Assembly (NCBI GenBank): GCA_050950285.1
Contig: JBMNHG010000002.1
Location: 186,001 to 248,295 of the forward strand
Length of the DNA: 62,295 nt
Direction of reading: 5' to 3'
Source: Kiritimatiellia bacterium
GTDB taxonomy: Bacteria > Verrucomicrobiota > Kiritimatiellia > RFP12 > JBMNHG01
Positions 30,801-39,651 of this stretch are shown piece after piece; position 1 is the first letter of the stretch; every line of letters starts with the position of its first letter. Position numbers and translations under genes: made by a program. The notes under the pieces are model-generated. The model saw nothing but the letters and a program-made list of their open reading frames with translations. It ran no database searches and was not told where the DNA came from.

Positions 30801-33800
30801 CGCCGAGTCCCGGCGCTTCGGCTGCGGGCAGGACGCGACGCTCCGCCAGACCTACCACGCCACGCTCGGCCTCGAGCCCGACGGCGAACCCGGCCTGGTC
30901 GAAGACCACGCCACCTGCTGGGAGGACGACGCCCATCCCCGCCGCAACGGACGCCCCCGCCTCGTTTGGGGCGAGTCGCGACCCTGGAGCTACCAGGCCT
31001 GGGACGACGAAGGCCGCGAGATATTGCGCCTCGACCAATTCGACGGCTCGGAGGTCCCCTGGCTGCTTTCGAACTGGGCCGCCCCGTCCGATCTCTCCGA
31101 TCTGTCCGATCACCCCGGCCTGGCCGCCATCGCCACCGTCTCCGACTACGCGCCGCTGCCCGGCGACGACAATCCGCTCGCCGCCCTCGATTCCGTCCGC
31201 ACCGAGTCGCGCCACCTCGTCCGCGACGGCGCGGCGGCGTGCATCGGACGCACGTGGCACGTCCACACCGTCGGCACGGACACGGTGGATCGCGCCTTCG
31301 CGACCGTGAAGACGATCCGCGCCTGCTCCCCGACCGCCGCCTTCGACGACCCCGGCAACGCCGTCTCGACCGCCACCCGCTTCGACGCCGACGCCCCCGG
31401 CATCCCGCTGCTCCTGCGCGGCCGCACGCTCGAATCCACCGACGAGGACGGCGTGACCACGACCTACGACTGCGTCCTCGGCGACTACGACCCCGCCACC
31501 CGCACCTTCACCCCCGGCGGCGCCGAAACCGCGCTCCGCACGATCGCCCAACGCTGGTATCAGTCCAATCCGTCCGATACGTCCGACCTGACCATCCAGG
31601 ACGCCGCGCACGGCACGACGCTCTACTCCGCCACCCTCCTTCACGCCACCGGCGCCACCCTCGACTGGCAGGCGCACACCTACGACGACAGGAACCGCCT
31701 CCGTTCCACGCTCTACTCCGACGGCTCCATCTCCACCAACGCCTACTCCTGCTGCCGCCTGCTCTGGACGCAGGATCGCAACGGCTTCAAGACCCTCCGC
31801 TCCGCCGAAACCGGCAAAGACCACCTCTACTACGCCACCGAAGAGGAGTCGCTTGCCCAGTTGCCCGGATACGGATACGGTCATCGCACGACCATGCATT
31901 TCATGGACGCCCTCGGCAGGGAGACCAACACCGTCGTGACGGCGGTCGGCGAGCCCGGAAGCGCCGCCACCCCCGGTTGCGGGACGCTCGGCTTCACGGC
32001 TTCCGAAACGACGGCGTACCCCCACGGCATCGGCGACCACGCCGTCCACGTCGATCGGCGCGGGGTTCGCACGGTCACGACGCGCACGTCGCACGCCGAC
32101 CGCGAGGAGAGCGTCACCCTGACGTTCTCGCCGGCGAACCCCGACGTTTGCGTCGTGGCGAGCACCAACATCGCCTACCGGAACGGGCGTTCCATCGCCA
32201 TCCGAAGCTGGGACGGCGGCTGGACGCGCGAAACCTCCTGGATTGACTACGCCGCCGACGGGACGCGGCGCACCTTCTCCGTCACCGAGGCGTCCGATTC
32301 GTCGGGCGCGATCACGAATCAAATCGCCCACGGCGACTTCCTCGGGCGCACGGTCGCGACGCTGAGGCCCGGCACTGCGGGCGCCTGGCTCGTCACCTCG
32401 AACGCCTACGACGGCGCGACCTCGCGCCTGGTTCGCTCGGAAACGACCGGACAGCCCGCCACGACCTACCTCTACGACGAGCGCGGCGAGATGGCGGCGA
32501 CCGTCCAAAGCGGCGTCAAGACCGCGTCCGAGACCCGCTACGAGAACATCGGCGGGGCATGGTGGCGGGTGGACGTCCGCAGCACGTCGCGCGAGGGCGT
32601 CACCAACGCCGTCGCGACGACCCGCCGCCAGTTGACGGGGCTGTCCAACGCCCTGCGGAGCCGCACGGTGAACACCGGCCCGAACGGCTCGACGACGACG
32701 GAATCGGGCAGCTACAACCCGCAGACCTGCGAACTGACGACGGTTCGCGCCACCGATGCGGCGACGCCATCCACCACCGTCTCGAAGTTCGGGCGTTCAA
32801 TTCGCCGCGAGACGCTGCGCGAAACCGTTTACAACTATTTCGATCCGCTCGGGCGCGTTGCATACTCGGAAACGCGCGACCCTGAAACGGGCGTCTATTC
32901 CCATTTCCGCTGGTCGGGACTCGACGAGTCCGACAACGAGACCCACTACGGCATTTATTATTACGACGACGATCTGCACGTCACTGGATCGAGAACCTTC
33001 GACGCCTTCGGCCGCGAAACGTCCCGCACCGACGCCCTCGGCAACACCGTCACCAACACCTACGACGCCCTCGGGCGTCCGGTTGCCGCCACCGGTGCGA
33101 CCTACCCCGTGGCCTACGGGTACGACGCCGCCGGCCGCACGACCGCCCTCGCCACCGCCCGAGGCAACGCCGCCGGCTTCGCCGCCCTCGCCGTCCAGCT
33201 TGCCGGAGGCGCGTCCCTCGCCTCCCTTGCGTCCCCTGCGTCCCTCGATCTCACCGCCTGGAACTACGATCATGCCACCGGACTTGCCACCAACAAGGTC
33301 TACGCCGACGGATCAGCCGTTTCCTACGCCTACACCCCCGACGGCAAACCGCTCCGCACGGCATGGGCTCGCGGAGCGTGGAAGGAGAATGCCTACAACC
33401 CCGACGGCCTGTTGACAGGCGTCTCGTACTCCGACGCTACTCCTGCCGCCGCGCTCGGGTACGATGCCTTCCAGCGCCCCGCCTTTGCCTCCAACGCCGT
33501 CGCGCGATACGCCTACCAGAACAGCCACCTCGGCACCGCCACCAACGAGACGGCCATGGTTGGCGGCGACACCGCGACCCTGGCCCGTACCCTGGACAAC
33601 CGCCACCGCCTGGCGGAACTGCGCGTCGAGGATGCGCCACCCGTTCAATACGGCTACGACTCCGAGAACCGGCACTCCGCCGTCTCCAACACCGCCTTCC
33701 GCGCCACCTACGCCTACACCTCCGACGGCTGGGATGCGGGATATTCGGTGAACTTGACGAATGGCGTCGTACTTGCCCGCAACCTGACCCGCGACCCCTA

Positions 33801-35427
33801 CCGCCGCAGTCTGGTAAAAGCCATCACCAACAGCGTCAGCGGCGTGCCGTACAACCCGCTGGCCTACACCTACGACCTGCTTAACCGCGTCACTTCACGC
33901 AACACGGACACCTTCGATTACAACGCCAGAAGCGAAGTCACGGCGGCCATCATCCAGCCCGCCCACACCAACCGCTACGCCTTCGACAACATAGGCAACG
34001 CGCTGTGGGCCTCGCTTAACTCCGTCACGAACATCTACACCGCCAACGAACTGAACCAGTATTTCCTGATTTCCAATCATGTCAATCATGTCAATCCTGT
34101 CCAAATTTCTCCCGTATACGATTTAGACGGCAATATGACATGGGACGGGCGTTTCAACTACACGTATGATGCGGAAAACCGCCTCGTCGCCGCCTATTCC
34201 AACGGCCTGTGCGTAGTCTTCAACGCCTACGACCACCTGAGCCGCCGCGTGTTGAAAATCTCACGCGGAGGCGCGGAGACACGGGGATTTGTCTACGACG
34301 GCTGGCTGCCGGTTCTCGAAATCGTCGCCACCGCCTCGGGCGTGACCACCAACCACTACGTCTGGGGCAAGGACCTATCCGGCACGCTCCAGGGCGCGGG
34401 CGGTGTCGGCGGACTCCTGGCGGTACAGATGGGCGGCACATGGTACTTCCCGTTCTACGATAATAACGGCAACATCATAGCCTACGCCGATGAATCTGGT
34501 GCCATCGTGGCGGAGTACACATACGACGCCTTCGGCCGCACCATCGCGGCAACCGGATCTCTAGCCGATGCCTTCCGCCACAGATTCAGCACGAAGTATT
34601 ACGATGCCGAGATCGGCCTCTACTACTACGGCTACCGCTTCTGCGCGCCAGAGTTGATGAGGTGGCTTAGCAGGGATCCTATTGGGGAACGGGGGGGTGC
34701 GAACGTTTATGCCTTTACAGCTAATAGTCCCCTGGAGCGGGTTGACCCGCTAGGTCTGAAATGGATAGTAAGGCGCGAAGGTGCTTCGCAAGCGGATGCT
34801 GACTGCAAGTGCGATAATGTCGAGGCACTTGCCGTAAAAATCGGCCTTGACGTTAACGACTATCAGAAATGGTTGTCGCCAGCAGACGGTTATGCTTTGC
34901 CATCGTCAACAACAAAACTCATGCCGGATCGTAAATTTCGCATCCCCAACACGGTCTATGCGTACTGGGCAGGCGCACTTGGCGGTGTAGGCAAATCCTC
35001 TGTTCATTGGGACGGTAGCATCAACTATCTTAGTGGCCTTGGGTTCAAGGTCATTCCTTACGAACATTCAGTCGGCAACTATTGGGTTCTGAATTCGATA
35101 TTACCGAATGCGGCGAATAGCCGGGCTCTGCATGGCCTCTACTTCTGGGGACACGGAAACACGGATGCGCTTGGGAGTCACTACGGCAACTTCAACGGCG
35201 GTAGCCAAGATCCCGTGCTCAGCTACGGCAGTTTGCATCTTCCCTACAAAATGGCGTTGGGGCTGATGTTTGCATGTTACAGCGATTCCGGTAAACCAAC
35301 CCTTTTTTCAAACGCCCCTGGTGCAATTTGGCACGGATATACCGGTATTTTAGTTCCGATTCCCTTGCTGAACTCCTACCATGTATCCAACTTCATCAGT
35401 GCTGGATCCCAGGAAACTAATCCATGA
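27838..35427 (+). CDS. rhs: Full-length Rhs/YD-repeat polymorphic toxin (2529 aa)
   Basis: Two N-terminal hydrophobic helices, DxDGDG repeats, YD repeats and core (GAGGVGGLL, YYYGYRF, RWLSRDP, PLERVDPLGL). AT-richer C-terminal tip from 34759. Confidence 0.95.
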   Translation: MGLLQSMHHWMFAGACLLAGVPLLFCLGAWAGTSPGLRRLFRALGDRFRSLAPSVRAALSALLVVATLHGVPKVPPGGNAPSSGPPPAGMVSGGLPARPARGPSSGPRLTAGQYRAGFALARVATNPSPALASVPSNAVVHAPWTRYGVAEDTFWLPATNWSFTLGTNRVGGLHVSSSGTLSFGWPKGSPRARRMPDGSGLDFLAPLQTSLGIVPPAGRFWHAPTASNSLLLAWQDVFAGRDAGLPVTFQAELFPSGDFVYRYDLSRLSATNALPATNWVVGAQHGGGGETFAFGGTGVLVHGLELHWRAFGMLDPDIADHDGDGLSTCDEVMVHGTDPRLPDTDLDGVLDGAEVAAGTSPLLRDTDGDGLVDGSDPDPLSPTPPDDLDGDGIPDACETAKFGGTNAVDSLAYDPYDTGFPLSTKIAAGMDPFAEASAPTNLAWNLASLKLFDAFRCDLPADGTNRVYERTFTIDRKGGWQQYFLSASSNAPAGWSLDGMALEWADSEGGSGTATASPPDDSLWLPVSTNALQLTLALRATSTNSTCPQPLYLLAWAPGVLVDGAGAAAEINGARCQAVEWTGGGTSVGVRYDFSNRPCRAAPSEMEQAALLDPFPGEARLVFTPDGGFTGGSLAAKAPGIYDVPGCTIAPAPPPARRGARGAGGRGDPGEGPVERLLFFEPRIAYGDGRHGGCGTTLFFDAATGDYEPASDYPLDSRCLREGWRQDATGGHPCDCRAEIGYGDPALAAYFDETVEDDGLRATGTIFFDGRPVWSGEAIHRVGERCHDPFYDECGDCASGCADGDCDGLEGDGLGSLAFRIPLGIPRDGQVSGFLWFRATEPLLVAPSTFNLLARDDAAVAESAAGGTRTIACSDARGRTVVVEPIAHGVRITVRKTAGDELEHVWEIANVGGSPRQVAFKKISRRDNVMRDVVYSYRGDGEWACFDNISQLSEQVLRTDTLDDGPHGVLREERIVRDAAGAILSRDVAESRRFGCGQDATLRQTYHATLGLEPDGEPGLVEDHATCWEDDAHPRRNGRPRLVWGESRPWSYQAWDDEGREILRLDQFDGSEVPWLLSNWAAPSDLSDLSDHPGLAAIATVSDYAPLPGDDNPLAALDSVRTESRHLVRDGAAACIGRTWHVHTVGTDTVDRAFATVKTIRACSPTAAFDDPGNAVSTATRFDADAPGIPLLLRGRTLESTDEDGVTTTYDCVLGDYDPATRTFTPGGAETALRTIAQRWYQSNPSDTSDLTIQDAAHGTTLYSATLLHATGATLDWQAHTYDDRNRLRSTLYSDGSISTNAYSCCRLLWTQDRNGFKTLRSAETGKDHLYYATEEESLAQLPGYGYGHRTTMHFMDALGRETNTVVTAVGEPGSAATPGCGTLGFTASETTAYPHGIGDHAVHVDRRGVRTVTTRTSHADREESVTLTFSPANPDVCVVASTNIAYRNGRSIAIRSWDGGWTRETSWIDYAADGTRRTFSVTEASDSSGAITNQIAHGDFLGRTVATLRPGTAGAWLVTSNAYDGATSRLVRSETTGQPATTYLYDERGEMAATVQSGVKTASETRYENIGGAWWRVDVRSTSREGVTNAVATTRRQLTGLSNALRSRTVNTGPNGSTTTESGSYNPQTCELTTVRATDAATPSTTVSKFGRSIRRETLRETVYNYFDPLGRVAYSETRDPETGVYSHFRWSGLDESDNETHYGIYYYDDDLHVTGSRTFDAFGRETSRTDALGNTVTNTYDALGRPVAATGATYPVAYGYDAAGRTTALATARGNAAGFAALAVQLAGGASLASLASPASLDLTAWNYDHATGLATNKVYADGSAVSYAYTPDGKPLRTAWARGAWKENAYNPDGLLTGVSYSDATPAAALGYDAFQRPAFASNAVARYAYQNSHLGTATNETAMVGGDTATLARTLDNRHRLAELRVEDAPPVQYGYDSENRHSAVSNTAFRATYAYTSDGWDAGYSVNLTNGVVLARNLTRDPYRRSLVKAITNSVSGVPYNPLAYTYDLLNRVTSRNTDTFDYNARSEVTAAIIQPAHTNRYAFDNIGNALWASLNSVTNIYTANELNQYFLISNHVNHVNPVQISPVYDLDGNMTWDGRFNYTYDAENRLVAAYSNGLCVVFNAYDHLSRRVLKISRGGAETRGFVYDGWLPVLEIVATASGVTTNHYVWGKDLSGTLQGAGGVGGLLAVQMGGTWYFPFYDNNGNIIAYADESGAIVAEYTYDAFGRTIAATGSLADAFRHRFSTKYYDAEIGLYYYGYRFCAPELMRWLSRDPIGERGGANVYAFTANSPLERVDPLGLKWIVRREGASQADADCKCDNVEALAVKIGLDVNDYQKWLSPADGYALPSSTTKLMPDRKFRIPNTVYAYWAGALGGVGKSSVHWDGSINYLSGLGFKVIPYEHSVGNYWVLNSILPNAANSRALHGLYFWGHGNTDALGSHYGNFNGGSQDPVLSYGSLHLPYKMALGLMFACYSDSGKPTLFSNAPGAIWHGYTGILVPIPLLNSYHVSNFISAGSQETNP
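28780..29030 (+). repeat. TSP3-like Ca2+-binding repeats inside Rhs
   Basis: DHDGDGLSTCDE..GTDP..DTDLDGVLDGAE..GTSP..DTDGDGLVDG..DLDGDGIPD. Confidence 0.8.
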
Positions 35428-35966
35428 GCGCAAAAAGAAGACCTCTCATCCGTTGTTATCCTATGAAGGTTCTGCTCATTATCATGGCAAGCGCTATAGT
35501 AATATGCATATGCATATGCATATGTGGATGTGTTCTGCCTATACCTTCCCGTAGCACAATCATGCTGGGGTTGAACGGGTGTATTGTTGAGAGTAGTACT
35601 CGCACTCCTGTTTCCGGCGTTTGTGTTGAAGAGGTCGTTGCCCCTGATATGATCCGGCACGTTGTCTCGGCAGATGACGGGTCATTCAAGTTCGCTCCCG
35701 TTCGGCAACAGCATTGGTGTCGATATTTCGGGTGCGCGTTGTCCTATCCTCTTCCTTACCCAAAGCGAACCCTATTTCAGCCTGTCCCGCTCCGTTTCTC
35801 TCATCCCGACTATCAAAGCAGGGAGCTACTAATCCTGACGCCTGACTGGCCACATCCCGCCCAATTGATGCCGGATTCACAACGTGCTGTCGTCGTGTCG
35901 AACCAGTACCTTGAACTAGGGATTGTTGAGCTAGCGCCTAAACCATGTTCGCAGGAGACCAAATGA
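35424..35966 (+). CDS. Putative immunity lipoprotein for Rhs CT1 (alternative start 35463)
   Basis: ATGA overlap with the rhs stop. Hydrophobic stretch ending ICGC. AT-rich. Confidence 0.7.
   Translation: MSAKRRPLIRCYPMKVLLIIMASAIVICICICICGCVLPIPSRSTIMLGLNGCIVESSTRTPVSGVCVEEVVAPDMIRHVVSADDGSFKFAPVRQQHWCRYFGCALSYPLPYPKRTLFQPVPLRFSHPDYQSRELLILTPDWPHPAQLMPDSQRAVVVSNQYLELGIVELAPKPCSQETK
35502..35525 (+). repeat. (ATATGC)x4 microsatellite encoding ICICICIC
   Basis: atatgc atatgc atatgc atatgt. Confidence 0.85.
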
Positions 35967-36439
35967 GCGCCCGCCTTGCATCTGCATTTTTGCTCGCTCT
36001 CGTGATGTGCTATACAATGGGTTGCGCGTTGCACACATCAGTTCTGCTGCGGAACGAATCCGGGCAAAGGGTGCGTGTCTACAGTGCCCATACGGGGCAG
36101 ACGCACATGATCAAGAATAAATCCAGGGAGGACATTCCCCATACGTGCGGTGAGATCTCAATAACGACTGATACAGGGACAATCTGGAATTACGCGGATG
36201 TATCGTTCTTCTCCCTGGATCAAACTAAGCATCTGCAACATGGCCGGAAGGGACTTTTTATGCCCAAAGTTACCCTTCGCTTACTGCTTGAGAAGGACGG
36301 CAGTCTGCACTTCCTGCCGCCGGATGCTACTCAGGGCGCGAAACACCTTGTCCCACAGCCGCCGGGCTTTCCCCTGCGCCCAACGACAGCCAATATCCCA
36401 CGCCATCTGGAACAGAATGATGCGCAAAAACGGGAGTAA
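35963..36439 (+). CDS. Putative orphan immunity lipoprotein
   Basis: RBS AGGAG, ATGA overlap, signal MSARLASAFLLALVMCYTMGC. Confidence 0.7.
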   Translation: MSARLASAFLLALVMCYTMGCALHTSVLLRNESGQRVRVYSAHTGQTHMIKNKSREDIPHTCGEISITTDTGTIWNYADVSFFSLDQTKHLQHGRKGLFMPKVTLRLLLEKDGSLHFLPPDATQGAKHLVPQPPGFPLRPTTANIPRHLEQNDAQKRE

Positions 36440-36532
36440 GGTGTAATGCAAAAGCTGATTAAAGAAGCTACGGATACCGGTCCTGTGCCGGTCTACATAA
36501 CCAAACCTGTTCCTTAGAGAAAGGACATCTTC

Positions 36533-37000
36533 ATGCACCGCTGGATAATTCCTTTCATTTTAAGCTTTGTTTTGCTCGGGTTTGTCTCGTGCACTGTGAA
36601 TAAGGAGCAGAAAATGTCCAAGGATGCATGGCAAACATCTGCTTCATCTGCCAACGTATCAACAATTTCCGGGGTATGGGTTAGATATGTGCCAAACGGC
36701 GAATGGGGTGCGGCTCTCGAAGTCTATGATTTTCTCCCAAACGGTCGATACAGAATCATTATCGGTGTGCTGCCCGAGATGGGGCGTCAAGACGCCTTGC
36801 CGACCGCATTGGCATTAACTGGTCGCTTCACTCTACAGGGAGATGTTATCGCCTTCGTGACTGATGACGGTGCGGGAAAGGGCTGCAGGTTCGAAATCCA
36901 CGATGACTGTCTCCTCCTCAAGGAGAAGAACGACAAGATAACCATTCTCAGGCGCGTCGCAGGTTCCGACGCTCCTGCACCCCATGCCGTGAGGCAATGA
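36533..37000 (+). CDS. Putative orphan immunity lipoprotein
   Basis: RBS AAGGA, signal MHRWIIPFILSFVLLGFVSC, beta-rich mature part. Confidence 0.7.
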   Translation: MHRWIIPFILSFVLLGFVSCTVNKEQKMSKDAWQTSASSANVSTISGVWVRYVPNGEWGAALEVYDFLPNGRYRIIIGVLPEMGRQDALPTALALTGRFTLQGDVIAFVTDDGAGKGCRFEIHDDCLLLKEKNDKITILRRVAGSDAPAPHAVRQ

Positions 37001-38589
37001 GAGAGCCTTGCGTACCAATGCGTATACCCTGGTGCCCGGAAGAAAGATATGCAATTATGAAGACCAACAGAACTGTTCTCTCCCGTACCGTCTCCCGCGA
37101 CCCCTACCGACGCAGTCTGGTAAAAGCCATCACCAACAGCGCCAGCGGCGTGCCGTACAATCCGCTGGCCTACACCTACGACCTGCTTAACCGCGTCACG
37201 TCACGAAACGCCGACACCTTTGATTACAACGCCAGAAGCGAAGTCACATCCGTCATCATCCAGACCAACCATGCCTACCGCTACGCCTTCGACAACATAG
37301 GCAACGCGCTGTGGACCTCGCTTAACTCCGTCACGAACATCTACACCGCCAACGAACTGAACCAGTACACCGGGATCAGCAATGGAACAGTCATCGAGCC
37401 GGAGTACGATTTAGACGGCAATATGACATGGGACGGGCGTTTCAGCTATGCGTATGATGCCGAGAACCGCCTCGTCGCCGCCTATTCCAACGGCCTGTGC
37501 GTCGTCTCCAACGCCTACGATCATCTTAGCCGCCGCGTGTTGAAATACACCCCCACCGCCACGTACACTTGCATCTACGACGGCTGGAACCTGGTTCAGG
37601 AGACGATTCAAAATCAGCAGTCCGCAACCACAAATCATTACGTCTGGGGCAAAGACCTATCCGGCACGCTTCAGGGCGCGGGCGGCGTCGGCGGACTGCT
37701 GGCCGTCTCGCTCAACGGCGCATGGTACTTCCCGTTCTACGATAACAACGGCAACATCACGGCCTATGCCGACGAGACCGGCACCATCGTGGCCGAGTAT
37801 CTTTACGACGCCTTCGGGCGTACCATCTCGGCATCGGGTTTGCTTGCCGACGCCTTCCGCCACAGGTTCAGCACGAAGTACTGCGATTACGAAACCGGGC
37901 TCTACTACTACGGCTATCGTTTCTACGCGCCGAAGTTGATGCGGTGGATCAATAGGGATCCGATTGAGGAGGAAGGGGGTGAGAATCTTCATCTTTTCGT
38001 TCAAAATTCGCCGCTTAGTTTTTGGGATTATTTAGGACTCTGGTCAAAAGATGGCGTACTCAAGGTTCTTTGCTGTAAGGCTGAAAAGTGGGTCGTCAAT
38101 GACTGCCTTTCCAAGCGGAAGGTCTTTTCCTTTACCGAAATAAAGGTGTCGTATGATAAGTACGAGAAATTGCCCGGCGGCTGGAGAGGAAAGTATTTGG
38201 GCAAACATGAGTACAAGTTGAATGGCAAGAACGACGGAAATATTTGGATACGTAGTGCGCTGAACGATGAAGAAGCAGCATCTACATGCCTTCATGAATG
38301 CGAACATGCTCGGATGACAGGCAAGAGTGCTCTAGAGGAAGAGATCGACGTTCGCGTTGCCGAGGAAGAATTCCGAATCCGTAGAGGTATGCCAGAGAAA
38401 CTTGCTGGCTCACGGAAGACGGTTCATGTTCCCGGCGGTGGGGTCATGGTGATTGTTGACAAAGATGTCATTCGTAAGTGGGTGGAAGCTGCATACACCC
38501 ACCGAGATCCGTCATCGCCGTATATTTACGACAATCGAATAGATAATGTCACTGGAAAGATTGAGGTGTCGGGATGGAAATGCCCATGA
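36997..38589 (+). CDS. Orphan Rhs module 2 with HExxH metallopeptidase-like tip
   Basis: Homology to the rhs core from about 37077. Core ends PLSFWDYLGL. CT 38041-38589 contains CLHECEH...EEE. Confidence 0.88.
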   Translation: MREPCVPMRIPWCPEERYAIMKTNRTVLSRTVSRDPYRRSLVKAITNSASGVPYNPLAYTYDLLNRVTSRNADTFDYNARSEVTSVIIQTNHAYRYAFDNIGNALWTSLNSVTNIYTANELNQYTGISNGTVIEPEYDLDGNMTWDGRFSYAYDAENRLVAAYSNGLCVVSNAYDHLSRRVLKYTPTATYTCIYDGWNLVQETIQNQQSATTNHYVWGKDLSGTLQGAGGVGGLLAVSLNGAWYFPFYDNNGNITAYADETGTIVAEYLYDAFGRTISASGLLADAFRHRFSTKYCDYETGLYYYGYRFYAPKLMRWINRDPIEEEGGENLHLFVQNSPLSFWDYLGLWSKDGVLKVLCCKAEKWVVNDCLSKRKVFSFTEIKVSYDKYEKLPGGWRGKYLGKHEYKLNGKNDGNIWIRSALNDEEAASTCLHECEHARMTGKSALEEEIDVRVAEEEFRIRRGMPEKLAGSRKTVHVPGGGVMVIVDKDVIRKWVEAAYTHRDPSSPYIYDNRIDNVTGKIEVSGWKCP

Positions 38590-38963
38590 TCAATGGTGTT
38601 GTAGTATTGTTCGTCATGTTCTGCTGCGCGTCCTGTAGTTATTTAGTACCTGACGGCGAAAAGTTGAATGTATTTTCATCAAACGAATCAGTAATCGCCG
38701 CAAAGTCCGCAGTCTCTGATTATATGAAATCATCTCACGAACCCATGAGCCTTGAACTGAAGGATGCGTTGATGATATTCCTTCACGATTCGGATTCCTC
38801 CAACATTGCGCCGTGGTCCTGTTCACGCGATGGTCTTATCCTCTACCACCACGGTTACACGATTGGCGACGAACACACATGGTTTGAGATACACCTCCGA
38901 GCCGAAGATGGTCATCTTACAGTGAAGAAGATTGAAGAACTGCGAGAAACTTTTGCTGAATAG
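38586..38963 (+). CDS. Putative immunity lipoprotein for CT2
   Basis: ATGA overlap with the CT2 stop. Signal MINGVVVLFVMFCCASC. Confidence 0.72.
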   Translation: MINGVVVLFVMFCCASCSYLVPDGEKLNVFSSNESVIAAKSAVSDYMKSSHEPMSLELKDALMIFLHDSDSSNIAPWSCSRDGLILYHHGYTIGDEHTWFEIHLRAEDGHLTVKKIEELRETFAE

Positions 38964-38972
38964 GTGTATTAG

Positions 38973-39170
38973 TGCTTTGCGAATCAGTGGAAAATAGACC
39001 GCGTGCGCGACGAGATATCACATTGGCCCTATACAGTTAACTCGCACGATTACTATGCTTCTTACATGAACTGGAATGTTTTGCCATGGGACGCGGCATA
39101 TCTTCAAGAACTGGCCATAAGTCCACAGAAAGCAATTAGGGCCGTTATTCGGATCAATTGGGGAAAGTGA
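38973..39170 (+). pseudogene. Start-less toxin C-terminal remnant
   Basis: 65 open codons CFANQWKIDRVRDEISHWPY...IRAVIRINWGK*, ending just before the next immunity-like gene. Confidence 0.45.
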
Positions 39171-39185
39171 AGAAGAGAGTCACGC

Positions 39186-39647
39186 ATGAAGAAAAACGGA
39201 CACTGTGTAAGTTGGCCTCTCATCGTTGGTTCATTGCTTGTAGGTTGTTTGTGCGGCATATGGATCGGCGCCGAGACATTTACCATACAGGTCATGGTTG
39301 ACTATAATTCCGGAAGAGTTAAAAGGCTCATGCGTGTCGGCCCAATTCTTGTACGTTCAGAACCTGTACCGCTTCCGTTCTTCGATCATGTCAGAGTCAG
39401 CACTGATCTCCAACATAAAACTGCCGAGTGGCATACCGCACTATACTTGCGTGGCCCATTTTCAAACTATTCACCCAGTTTGCAGCCGGCAGGCGTGCTT
39501 CGCACACTCAACCGCTTAGATGAGTTGTTTAGCCGTCTGGATCCAGAGGCGGCTGCAACTATTAAACATGATTATCTTGTAGCCTTATCGTCTAACTCGG
39601 TGAGCGCGGTTAAGTTTGCAGACGAAATCTTTGGCAAGATGAATTGA
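39186..39647 (+). CDS. Putative orphan immunity protein, membrane-anchored
   Basis: N-terminal TM helix WPLIVGSLLVGCLCGIWIG. AT-rich. Confidence 0.68.
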   Translation: MKKNGHCVSWPLIVGSLLVGCLCGIWIGAETFTIQVMVDYNSGRVKRLMRVGPILVRSEPVPLPFFDHVRVSTDLQHKTAEWHTALYLRGPFSNYSPSLQPAGVLRTLNRLDELFSRLDPEAAATIKHDYLVALSSNSVSAVKFADEIFGKMN

Positions 39648-39651
39648 CATC

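Noticed and set aside
31084..34290. CRISPR array
   Set aside because: The repeats are 7-9-nt tandem units without spacers, and no cas genes are present.
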